Source: Yuukianura sp. NJ FZ-2021 (taxonomy: Eukaryota). Taken from it: 64,000 nucleotides of DNA. The DNA lies in NCBI GenBank assembly GCA_046563655.1, contig CM102285.1, positions 5,704,001-5,768,000 of the forward strand, given 5' to 3'. The notes beneath the pieces were generated by a model, which searched no databases, was not told the origin of the DNA, and saw nothing but the letters and a program-made list of their open reading frames with translations. A program made the position numbers and the translations under genes. Shown piece after piece: positions 21,912 through 32,104 of this stretch (position 1 is the first letter of the stretch; each line of letters begins with the position of its first letter).

Positions 21912-23465
21912 ATGCCGCCGTTACTGTTTACTCTTTTTGTGCTTAGCAATTGGTACTGTTGGAGTACAGCGGATACCCGAGCCCTGGCGGTACATGTTGA
22001 TCCGGAAAATCACATCTTACACATTAACGAACGTCTTGATACGGAGCCCACTCCGCCACCCCGGATTTGGACACTGGGGGTCTTGAAATCTAGGCCAGAC
22101 TCGTGCCCATACTTACTTTCGAACTCAATTCTAGTTTCCGCTGCTTTCTGGAGCACTCAACACCCATCCCGCAGTGTTACAGCCTACCACTGCGTCAAAG
22201 AAACAACAGAGGTCATTCGAACGCCCAGTAGTCTGATGCCATTTAAAACTACTGTCATTTCCAAACCCGACGATTTACAACCGCATCAATGCGCTCATCT
22301 CATCAACTCTGGATTTGATCCACTGGGATGGCCATTGTCTACCATTAACCAAACCACTCGCGGCACAAAGAATCTACTTTTAACAAATGACACTCAGTTC
22401 CGATCATCCAAAGCTTGGGGATATCGAATTGTCAACTACTTTGTCACTGAGATCCAGATTTCCTATGACCAATACACCGGATTTATTCGGTCACACGACG
22501 TACCAGGTTTACAAAACGATTGTCCTTTTGATTCCCATGTTTGTTACTCGTCTACCGGAGTCGTTATTTGGCGAATCTACGGCGAGGCGAATACCAACTG
22601 CACGCTCCAGAAACGAGTGGCCTCCGAATGCTACATTAATCCAACTAACCTCATTTGTCCAGAATTTGGATTAAGTGTCCAGGATTACCAAGACACCAAA
22701 GTGGACACATGCGGAGCGAGACTCGGTCTTTGTCGTGGAATAGTCGAAGAAACCGACCAGTTGGATACATCCACCGAAGATACAATTGACACTACCGCAA
22801 AATTTCACATCGATATGAAGTTTCGTCATCTGTATGAAACTGTACGACTTGGACGCCAGTCATTTCTCAAAATTTTACACATTAGCTCCTGTGAAACCGG
22901 ATCCGTACCTCACACCGTCCAGTACCATACCAATGAAGCCGACCAGGATTGGGAATATGTCCCTACTGCCGATAAGGAAACTGTCACCCCCAAAACTTCG
23001 TCCCACAATTTTGGCGGCGATCCGGAGCGATTAAGCCTCAATCCTTGGGCAATTTCCCCGCAATGGGACAATTCTCCAAATTACAGCATCGATTCAGGGC
23101 TCACGACACACCGTAATGGCTCCAGACCTCCGATTTTTTTGTATCATGAGGGAGAGGAACGCATGAATGGAACCCATGATCAACTTTTGGAACAGGCCAG
23201 CCAACCCTTCTATCCCGCCGTACTCGCACAGGACCAACACATGGTGACGGCACACGACCATAATTCTGAACCAGAATTTCCAGACTCCCATACTACACGT
23301 CGAGCACAGAACCATTTCTTTGAACCCCACTTCTATCAGGCTTTGTTAACGCGACCGCACCCAGAAGTCGAAGGGAATCAAGCTGAGCAACAACGGGTAT
23401 ATAAAGACCCACCAGTCATCACGACTGCTCAGTCGCGTTCGACGGATCTACTCAACCACATCTAA
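21912..23465 (+). CDS. Truncated env paralogue 3 (signal peptide, no TM)
   Basis: MPPLLFTLFVLS signal; AYHC..QC..DPLG..RGT..VNYF..CPFDSHVC..VVIW..CTLQK..EC..LICPE aligns by eye with env. HIDMKFRHLYE resembles env HVNGRLQYLYD. Confidence 0.75.
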   Translation: MPPLLFTLFVLSNWYCWSTADTRALAVHVDPENHILHINERLDTEPTPPPRIWTLGVLKSRPDSCPYLLSNSILVSAAFWSTQHPSRSVTAYHCVKETTEVIRTPSSLMPFKTTVISKPDDLQPHQCAHLINSGFDPLGWPLSTINQTTRGTKNLLLTNDTQFRSSKAWGYRIVNYFVTEIQISYDQYTGFIRSHDVPGLQNDCPFDSHVCYSSTGVVIWRIYGEANTNCTLQKRVASECYINPTNLICPEFGLSVQDYQDTKVDTCGARLGLCRGIVEETDQLDTSTEDTIDTTAKFHIDMKFRHLYETVRLGRQSFLKILHISSCETGSVPHTVQYHTNEADQDWEYVPTADKETVTPKTSSHNFGGDPERLSLNPWAISPQWDNSPNYSIDSGLTTHRNGSRPPIFLYHEGEERMNGTHDQLLEQASQPFYPAVLAQDQHMVTAHDHNSEPEFPDSHTTRRAQNHFFEPHFYQALLTRPHPEVEGNQAEQQRVYKDPPVITTAQSRSTDLLNHI

Positions 23466-23734
23466 CCAACTATCTTCACACACCTTTCGTAAACTGTTTA
23501 GTTTTTTTTTCTAGTTCAATGTAATCTGTTTATTCAACCATATTTTTAACAAAAATTTGGGTTTCAATAGCACCACTTCTGACAATTGGCAAGTCCCTAC
23601 ATTTTTTCTTTTATATTGCGGATAGGTCATAGTTGCCTTCTCGGGTTTTCAAATTCTTTAGTATACAATTTAGTATAAGTCTAATAGTGATAACCTAGTA
23701 TTAATTGTGTGAATCATTTTCTTTGAAGTACACA

Positions 23735-24781
23735 ATGGCCTTCTCAAACATCTTCCTTGGCTTCACACTCTTGTGTGTTACCGTTTGCCACGCTAAGATC
23801 ATCGCCGTGAATGACAACCAATTGGTAGCCCTACTCAATAATACCGACGCGGACCTCCACCAACTTTTGATTGAGGATCCATCTTCAGTTGAAAAATCCC
23901 AACAACTTTCCCTGGACAAATATCCTATTAATAATACCAACCAACTAACCCACTGGACATTGGCCATGATGTATAAGCACACGCAAGAAAGTCACGTTGG
24001 CTGTAGTCCAGACGGTGGCCCTCAATCCATCATCTATATGAATCTGCACACATCCTTCCCATTAGAACGCGAATATACGGCGTTTGAATGTCTCAAACAA
24101 GAAATCTACGAGTACAAAACGTATTACTTCTTTGGACCGCAATACCACCACCAGGAACATCACTGGATCCCCATGTCCATTGCTGAATGCCAACGTCTTG
24201 CCAGTTCGTATCGGGACCCAGATAATACCCCTTTGACGCAGTTCAATGCTACATTTTTTGGTACGACTCGCAGACCGAAAACTTGGTACACTTGGCCTAT
24301 TACGATTTACGATAGAGTCACGAATTATTATCTCCGTATACATCCTATGAAGGTGAACAACAAACACTTAATTTCGATTGACGAACGTTCCCCTGTAGCC
24401 CCTTGCGACATTGCCATGGAGTCTTGCAACTTACTAACGTCAGTAGTCGTTTGGGGACGCAGATATAAAATTTTCCAACCGGACCCGCCATGTGACCATT
24501 ATCACTATTACAATCAGACTTGTCTTATCGCCAAAAATATGATTCGTTGCCCACATTTAGATTTAACGATCACCACTGTCTTCCGCCCCTACATTTGTGG
24601 ACTTAGCCAGGGCTACCTTCGGTTGGTTGTCACTAACGACAGATTTGACGAGGAACTGGTCAATCAGAATGATCATGTGGCATTAAATACTGAGTTCGAG
24701 GAACTTACAGACCTCAACTTACTAGCCCGATCCCCTACCGCCACTTTGCTTGGGGTCCAAATCGATAGATGCGACCCGTAA
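23735..24781 (+). CDS. Truncated env paralogue 4 (signal peptide, retains aromatic loops, no TM)
   Basis: MAFSNIFLGFTLLCVTVCHA signal; AFEC..YYFFG..EC..DPDN..FGT..WYTWP..VTNYY..CDIAMESC..VVVW..C..TC..IRCP aligns with the env N-terminal half. Confidence 0.8.
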   Translation: MAFSNIFLGFTLLCVTVCHAKIIAVNDNQLVALLNNTDADLHQLLIEDPSSVEKSQQLSLDKYPINNTNQLTHWTLAMMYKHTQESHVGCSPDGGPQSIIYMNLHTSFPLEREYTAFECLKQEIYEYKTYYFFGPQYHHQEHHWIPMSIAECQRLASSYRDPDNTPLTQFNATFFGTTRRPKTWYTWPITIYDRVTNYYLRIHPMKVNNKHLISIDERSPVAPCDIAMESCNLLTSVVVWGRRYKIFQPDPPCDHYHYYNQTCLIAKNMIRCPHLDLTITTVFRPYICGLSQGYLRLVVTNDRFDEELVNQNDHVALNTEFEELTDLNLLARSPTATLLGVQIDRCDP

Positions 24782-24889
24782 TATTCCATTCCATTTTCCT
24801 TTCTACCATTCCCTTACCCCGCGTTATCACATACAGCCACCAACATATTTCACAAAATTGAGTAAAAATAGTAAAATTTAACACAAATC

Positions 24890-24905
24890 GAAAAAAAAGG
24901 GGGGG
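24890..24905 (+). promoter_or_regulatory. Polypurine tract of the gypsy element
   Basis: GAAAAAAAAGGGGGGG followed by TTAT and TGTGGG, just after the last ORF. Confidence 0.75.
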
Positions 24906-24909
24906 TTAT

Positions 24910-27293
24910 TGTGGGTACACTAATGATAACAGGAAAATCCCTAAAAAGTAAACCAAAAACGTTTCACAAAAATGTCACAAAAAGATATTTACCTTGTCGT
25001 AGATTTCGTTGGAAATTTTTTGAACTTTCTGTTTTCATGTTTCACACTACTTTGTTTTCATTCTGTACACAATATTGTCTTTTTGTTTTGGCTAAGTCCT
25101 TACTTTCACTTACACTTTACATTGTTTCATGTATCTTTGTCTTTATTTTAAGGATACATTCTCTGTGCATTATGATACAATATTATTTGTAAGTTGCATG
25201 GCTGAAATTACACCTTTTTAATTCTTTGTTCTCTACGTTAGTCCCTACGGTAGTTACTATCACGGTACACATACTGTATCTGACATACTCTTGATATACA
25301 TCTTATTTGCGTGTTGTATGACTCTTAGGCTATTAGCATGTAGTACGAAAATCCATAAAAATTTCAAACTGTTAGAAAATTGAGCTATGACTTTTGTACT
25401 TAGACTCTGTTCAAATTCCTTGACTGGAATTTCGCCGTGACCTGGGGAGTATGTGAGTAACCCCGCCGGGCGGGATTCCTCACTTCGTCTCCACGCAGAG
25501 GTGTGTGACGGCACTCGGGATGAGGCTAGGTTCTCAGTCATGTCCCGATGGTCAGTCAGTGAGTGGAGAGCGTTCGGTTGAGGAGGAGTTGTCCCCGAGA
25601 TAGCTCCTCTTCCCAGCGCCTGTCACGGTGACGTCCAGTTACTGGAGTAGGGAGATTCTACAAGCAATAAAGGAGAGTAGCCACACGTTGCCTTCGTTTA
25701 CTGTTTCCTTTGTGATGGCATTGAGCCATATTCTGCAGCCATGATCCGTAGAGCTGGCACCCAGGACCTGCGCCACCGCGGTGGTGTTCGGACCTGGGCA
25801 CAGAGGTCAAGCAGCCAGTAGTCCGTCTGTTACGCGGCGACGTATGCGGCCTGAGCCCTGGTTCACCCAGGACGAGAGGTCACAAGTAGCCGATGGCTCT
25901 GAGGTGCTACTGTAGATGGAAGCTCGACTGTATACGACGTTATTATGGACTGTACAACGGAACGGTAAGATGTTGAGACAATAGGAAGGTAAGAAGTTGA
26001 GAAATAAGAACGGTAGCTGGCCATCTACCGAGAGACGAAACTCTCTGGCCAGAAAAGGGAATAAAGTTCACAGAACACAATAGCTTTGGTTGAGTAACTG
26101 CTGGTTATTATTAGTTAAAACACCCTACTCCAAGTGGAGACTTCACCGTGGTATTGTTCTAGAGTCGGAGTTCCGCACACCAGAACTCCGACCCTCCGAG
26201 ACTCTCAGTCTAGGCTTATTGTCCGAAGAACATATTGTTATTATTGTTAGACCTAACTATTGTTCTAACCAACTCTAACCAACTGCTAACTAAATATAAC
26301 TACTGATGTAGTCTGTCCCTTGAATGCTGAATACTGGGTACTAACTAGCTTATTTAGACTAAAGCCTATTTCAGACTTACAATGAACGTGTCGGCGATAT
26401 TCCTGGCAGTTTCATTGGGCAATTTTAAAGCCACTCAAATTGGGTGCTCGTTCACACTACCAATTTGAGTGACAGCAATATTGCGACAAAACATATGGGA
26501 AGGGACAAATAAGTTAAACAGTTATTTGTGAAAGTATTCTAACAATTGAGGCAAATAATGTTTAATTATGATCACTTTCATCCAGGAGCTTAACCAGAAC
26601 GTTAATTAGTCCCTTAATATTTAGTTCGAATAGTTATTTTTGTTATTGAAAGTAGAAATTCAAATGATAAGTGACGGAAGAGAAAAAAAAGTTGAGACAC
26701 AAAGCAGTCTCAAAATTTGAATTGTGTGCGGGAACCATATGAGCCAATCAGAGAGCGGCAATTTTTCTGCAGCACCTTTTCGGATTCGAAAATCGAATCC
26801 AGAAAAGTGCAGCAGCAATATCGGTGCAAGGGCTGCACCAATATTGGTGGCATCAAAATTTGTATTTCACACTACCAATCTTGATGCCAATTTTGATGTG
26901 CAGCAATATCGCTGCCACGTTCATTGTAAGTGTGAAATAGGCTTAACTAATTACTAACTAACTAACTACTTACTAACTACTAAAGGGTAGACCCTTAGGA
27001 TCTGACTCCTTAGTTATGACTGACTCTAACAGAGGTGAATACAAGCTGCTTAAGGGTAAGATGACGCACAAGCTCACAAGAGCGTGCGTCATTGACTTGG
27101 ATAGGTCCACGTGTGTACACGTGTTAGAACTATGTTACTGCCACGTAGGCTACTGCGTCTTAGAGTTATGAATCATGCACACCTGCTAAGTTTAGGTTAC
27201 TGCGACTTACCCTACGACTTGACTTATGTCTTACAGTTATGAGTCATGTGCGCAGTACACTGTGAGTGAGATGACCCGGTCATAATGCTCACA
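24910..27293 (+). repeat. Putative 3' LTR (~2.4 kb including a 581-bp MITE)
   Basis: Starts TGTGGG after the PPT. Contains TCAGT initiator-like sites (~25552) and AATAAA (~25665, ~26060). The candidate end ...GCTCACA is an imperfect inverted match to the start; the 3' end is uncertain without a second LTR. Confidence 0.55.
26363..26943. mobile_element. PIF/Harbinger-like MITE
   Basis: ~45-bp imperfect TIRs (AGCCTATTTCA.ACTTACAATGAACGTG) with a TAA 3-bp TSD on both sides. Confidence 0.75.
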
Positions 27294-28788
27294 CAAATAC
27301 GATTTAAATCACGAGTTAAGCCAATTTAAAAAAAAATACTCACCTTTGTGGGAATGCAATGTGGGAATGTGGAAATTTGCTGTGGTCATGAAGTACGGAA
27401 TCGCATGAGGAAAAATCCGAGGATAAATTGGGAGTTAATATAGAGTTAATCTTTCGATAACTTTAGAAAATTTGCGCTAACCTTTATTTTTAAAATCCAA
27501 CACGATCTTGTTGAGAATAAGGTCGGCTTCATTGAGTGCTCGAATAATACCTGTGTCTTTACTGTCGACGTAGAACGCAGCATTGTATTGCTCAATTTCA
27601 GTTCCACAATCAAAAGGAACTTGTATTCTTTCCTCATCTATTAAACAAATTAAGATAAGTTAGAAATTTGCAATATTCAAACAAATGAGAAATTGTTAAA
27701 AGCTATATAAAAGTGATAAGATACGCCAATTTGGTTTACTGGTATGAGCTTTTACTTAAGACAGCAGATAAAAGATAATAGATAGGGCAGACAAAAGAAC
27801 ACGAGTTCGAATTTCGGAAAAACATTTTTTTATTTAATTTTTTTTTATATAAATTTTTGTAAATTAAATTTGGATAATTAAAAATAATTAATCAAATTAA
27901 TTAATCAAGAAATTTTTAGTTAATTAATTTTTTTTGTCAAAATTATTTTTCCACTTCACCACTCCATCCCAAAATAAGTTCGTGCAACTTTTGAAAGTCA
28001 TCAGAACGCCTGAAAAGGTCGACAAAAAACGATGTTACGGTTACCTTTGAATTTATAGCAAAAACATATTTCTTAAAAGGAACTCGTCAGAGAAACCCAC
28101 CACCCATAGATGTTAAAGTTTGAAGAATTAGTAACCAACCTCTTATAATCCTCTTATACCCATTGAGTTTGGAAGTTGCGAATTTTACCCACCGAGATCA
28201 AGCGCAGGGTCTCGGTGGAGGAGAAAGATCTACCAATACAATACTTTTGAATATCAAAAAGTACAAAGTTAAATGTGGGGTCAACTAATAACATAAATAA
28301 CTACGAATTGAATTCGTGTTGACCAACGGTATGAAAGTCTGCAAGTGGACTGGAACGATCCTTAGAACAAACAGGCGAGCAATGCATTTGGTGCCTTGGC
28401 AAGAGCTGCTAGAAGTACGTTTATTTAACTTCTGGTTTTTCATTTTCGAGAAACTTCTGTGTGAAGTGTGATGTTAAGCTTTTTTTCTTTTGATTTCTGA
28501 ATTCTGGGCCATTCACAACACTCTGCAAGATCCAAATTCACCAAACAGCGGTTCTGAGAATCCGTCGCCAAACATGACCGAAACTGGAAATACGACAGCA
28601 TGATCAAGCAAGCGATGTGATTGCGATACGAATGGAACCGTTTCGGGTTCACCTTCCAACGGAACCGGATCTTCTCCGCCACCACCGTCGAAGTTAAAAT
28701 ACAGAGCACTCATCATCGTAAGTGCCTTTCTAAAAATGAATTCTCAAAAAAGTTTTCCTTTCATTAATTTTATAGTACATAATTTCAG

Positions 28789-29374
28789 ACGGGATCCGAA
28801 GCACTGGAATTGGGAGCCTTTTTTCCACCGCAAGTACTGGACGCGAGAGGCGAGACAGAAGAAGCAGCGTGACAGCATCTACTACAACTACAATGGCGGC
28901 ATCACGCACCCACCGTGTTTCAGTTACGTGGAATGGGACATCTACGACCGACCGCTGTACATACCCACTTCCATGGTAACGTTTATGACTAATTCGGCAG
29001 GGAACCAATCACAAAGCAGCAAAAGTCATAAGTGTCATGTGGCATTTTTTCAGTGGTTCGACTTCCTGTACATGCACTCGGAGTTTGACGACACAAAGTA
29101 CATCGCCGGGAACTACCGAATGCCGGCCCATGTGTATGTAGAAGCCTTGGACAGCAACAGGACGGAATCTTGGACGAGCAAGAAAGAAGAGGAACGACAG
29201 AAAGTGCTGGCGAAGATGGCTAAACGAGACTTGCGCAGAAGCAAACCCTCAGGCGGAGATTCAGACAACTACTACTACACAGGCTTGAGCTCCGCGCCAA
29301 AAACTCCGTCTGAACTCAACCCACTCATAGCCACTGCTGTCATCACACACATACTTTTTAGAAATATGGATTAA
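28789..29374 (+). pseudogene. Terminal exon or remnant of an alpha-carbonic-anhydrase-related gene
   Basis: YYNYNGGITHPPCFSYVEWDIYDRPLYI resembles the CA motif YxYxGSLTTPPCxExVxW; GNYRMP resembles NxRP. The candidate upstream exon (~28550-28717) does not join cleanly. Confidence 0.45.
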
Positions 29375-31416
29375 TTAACATATAGTATTATTATACATAA
29401 TAATATTATAATATAATAATAATTAATATTTATAAATAAATTATAATCTTAAGTATTTCACTGACGTATAGTAAACAGTATCAGTTTTCCCAGGGTCATG
29501 TGAATTGTTCAACAATCAAGAAACCTTGAGTTTTCCTGTGGCTATTAAGTACCAAAAGCTACTTTATGCATCGACATTGTCTGTCTGTCTGTCCGGCCGT
29601 TGGTGGCAGTTATATTGGACACGGCTCAATATTTCCGGGATCTGTTTTCGCCAGTGACTACCGGGTGACCCGGGAGTGTTCACTACTAGTCAAAGTTTTA
29701 ACGGCACGCACTCTGATGGGGTTGATTTTGCAAAAAAGTGCAAAATAAACAAAAAAAAAATCACCCTTGGTTTCCAAATTTTCAAAAATTGTTAACATGA
29801 CATCGGCATTGTGCCGGTGTAACCACGTCCACCATATTTGCGAACACGACATGGTTTACGTAATTTTACATACGCGGCCACACGTCAGAATATTTTAAAT
29901 GAAAAGTAGCTGTTTCATATATTCAACTCCCAGCATAGGCAAAGAGCGGTTTTTCTCAATATAACTCAAACAGTAGTATTGAGTATCATCCTAGTGGGTC
30001 AACTCCCGGGTCAAAGGTCAAGGTCAACCCGTATTATCCCCAATAACGTAAAAAATTACCTCTACAAAAGTTGTTCTTCTCATCGAGGCAACCAACTCTT
30101 AGATTTCGTACACATTACGAGTTTTGGAGCGGGTAAAAGTTGTTCGGAAACCGTTTGTACATACGAAAATGTTCACCGATATGTCCATGAATATTGTCAC
30201 TCTATTACAGAAAACAAAAATCGATCTCAGAGATATTTATTTATTCTCCTGTTTCTGGCAGGCTTTTCAGAATAAGATTTCAGATATAGATATATAATTG
30301 CACGAAAAACGAAAATATTAGTTGCAGAAAAACAAAAATTTTAGTTGAAAAAGAGAAACAATGTTTAATTACAGAAAAGCAATAAAGCTTAATTACTGCA
30401 ACTAAATTTTTCCTGCAATTGACTTTTAAAGCAATAAACGTTTCGCCGATTAGAAACAGTTTTCGCGTATTGTTTAATTCGCGAAAAATGCTGGTTTTAA
30501 TTGGTGAAGTGTTTTTTAACGCGCGATTATTTAAAATAATTTTGCCACTAACATCCCTCGATACACATACAATTTATTGACATAAGATAGTGCAAGCCAT
30601 GCAAAATATTTATTGAAACAGTCAGCATTTTTATTTGAACACTCCACTGCAATTCAGTGTGGTTTCCCAGCATCCTATGTGATGCATAGTGTTTATGTTC
30701 CCTTCGTTCGAGAGAGAAGAAGAGCGTGAGATTGACTCACTGCCATGACTCATTGATTTAACGTTAACTAATAGTTCTTTTGACTTTTAAGACCTCTGTT
30801 TAATGGTTTGGAAGGACAAACCGAGCAAAATCAGAGCTTAACGACAGCGCCCCTTACTCCTAAAAGTAATATGCAGCTTGAAACCGTAAAGGAAATTATG
30901 TTTTTATCTAAAGGAGTCCGAAACAAAACAATGAAGCCAAGCAGACGTATTCGTTTGTTGTAACTGTTTATTTGACTTCATTTCAAACTCAAGTTATCAT
31001 CAGTTCTTGTGGTTTTAAGAACGTTGAAACAATCCGCCCTTACTTATTGGTGAGAATTTACAACTTTAGAAAAAGGCACTTGCTCAAGCAACTATCAATT
31101 CCTTGCTAAAACTTCAATTCAGAAACAGACGCCAGGATACGCAACGCAGAAAGTTTCGTGTGCAACATTAACCAAGGTAATATTCTAAATAACTCCTTTC
31201 AACTTTCAATGAAAAACGTTGCTATACATTTAAACAAGGATTTCTTTTCAGCCGTAGGGCTTGTTTTCAGTGTTGCTTTTTTTATTAAGTAGCGAAAGCT
31301 ACTTTATGCGTCGACCTTGTCTGTCTGGCCGGTCAGCCGTGTGTCACGGCGATTATCTTGGAAACGGTTCAAAATTTTCTGGAAGTGTTTTCGCAACTGG
31401 TTGGGCATCCAGTGAC

Positions 31417-31517
31417 TAGTGCTTCAACTTTGGGTTCGAAATGATAAGTCCGAACCTCGAACCGAGGAAAAGTGCCAGGTTCAAGTTCGAACTCTAAAGT
31501 TCGAACTTGAAGCACTA
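31417..31517. mobile_element. hAT-type MITE (101 bp)
   Basis: TIR TAGTGCTTCAA, 8-bp TSD CCAGTGAC; same family as 57178-57587. Confidence 0.8.
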
Positions 31518-32104
31518 CCAGTGACCCTACGATGTTCACTATTGAATATCATCCCGGTGGGTCAACTCCTTCCGGATCAACCGCTTTCATCTCCGGTCAC
31601 TAGGGGTGGAAAAGTTCCAATTCTGTTCCATAATTTTTTGGAACAGAAAATCCGGTTCCGTTTGATTTGTTCCTATTCCATCCTATTCTGTTCCTGCTGC
31701 AAAATGAGACACGGAATAGAACGGAAGTATTTTCTTCATATGTACCGCGATTTTTAGCGGTAAAAATGTCGGAAACGGAATTTTTTTTAACGACAAATTT
31801 TGTTTTCGACATATTTTTCTTACGCTTATCAATATTGTTAGCCACCCAAATTGCTAACTGGTACATTTGCAAACTGGTGAAATTGACGACTAAGATGAAT
31901 TCGTTGGGTTTAAAAAAGCATGGATTTCTTGTTCCAGTTCCGTTCTGGTTCTGTTCCGTTTCGTTCCATGCTCAAAAACTCTGCTCCGTTTGTTTCCCCA
32001 TATAATGTTCCGTTCTGTTTAGCTACATCTTTCGCTACTTACGTACAGCAGTTGAAAACTGTTTATTTTTACTTTTTTTTACGTTGCCTACAGGATTTTC
32101 GGCA

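Larger units (their letters stand above)
11457..27293 (+). mobile_element. Large env-bearing Ty3/gypsy LTR retroelement (gag-pol-env plus 3 env paralogues, PPT, 3' LTR); 5' boundary not visible
   Basis: PR-RT-RH-IN domain order, -1 gag/pol overlap, glycoprotein ORFs, and a purine tract followed by TGTGGG. Confidence 0.9.
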
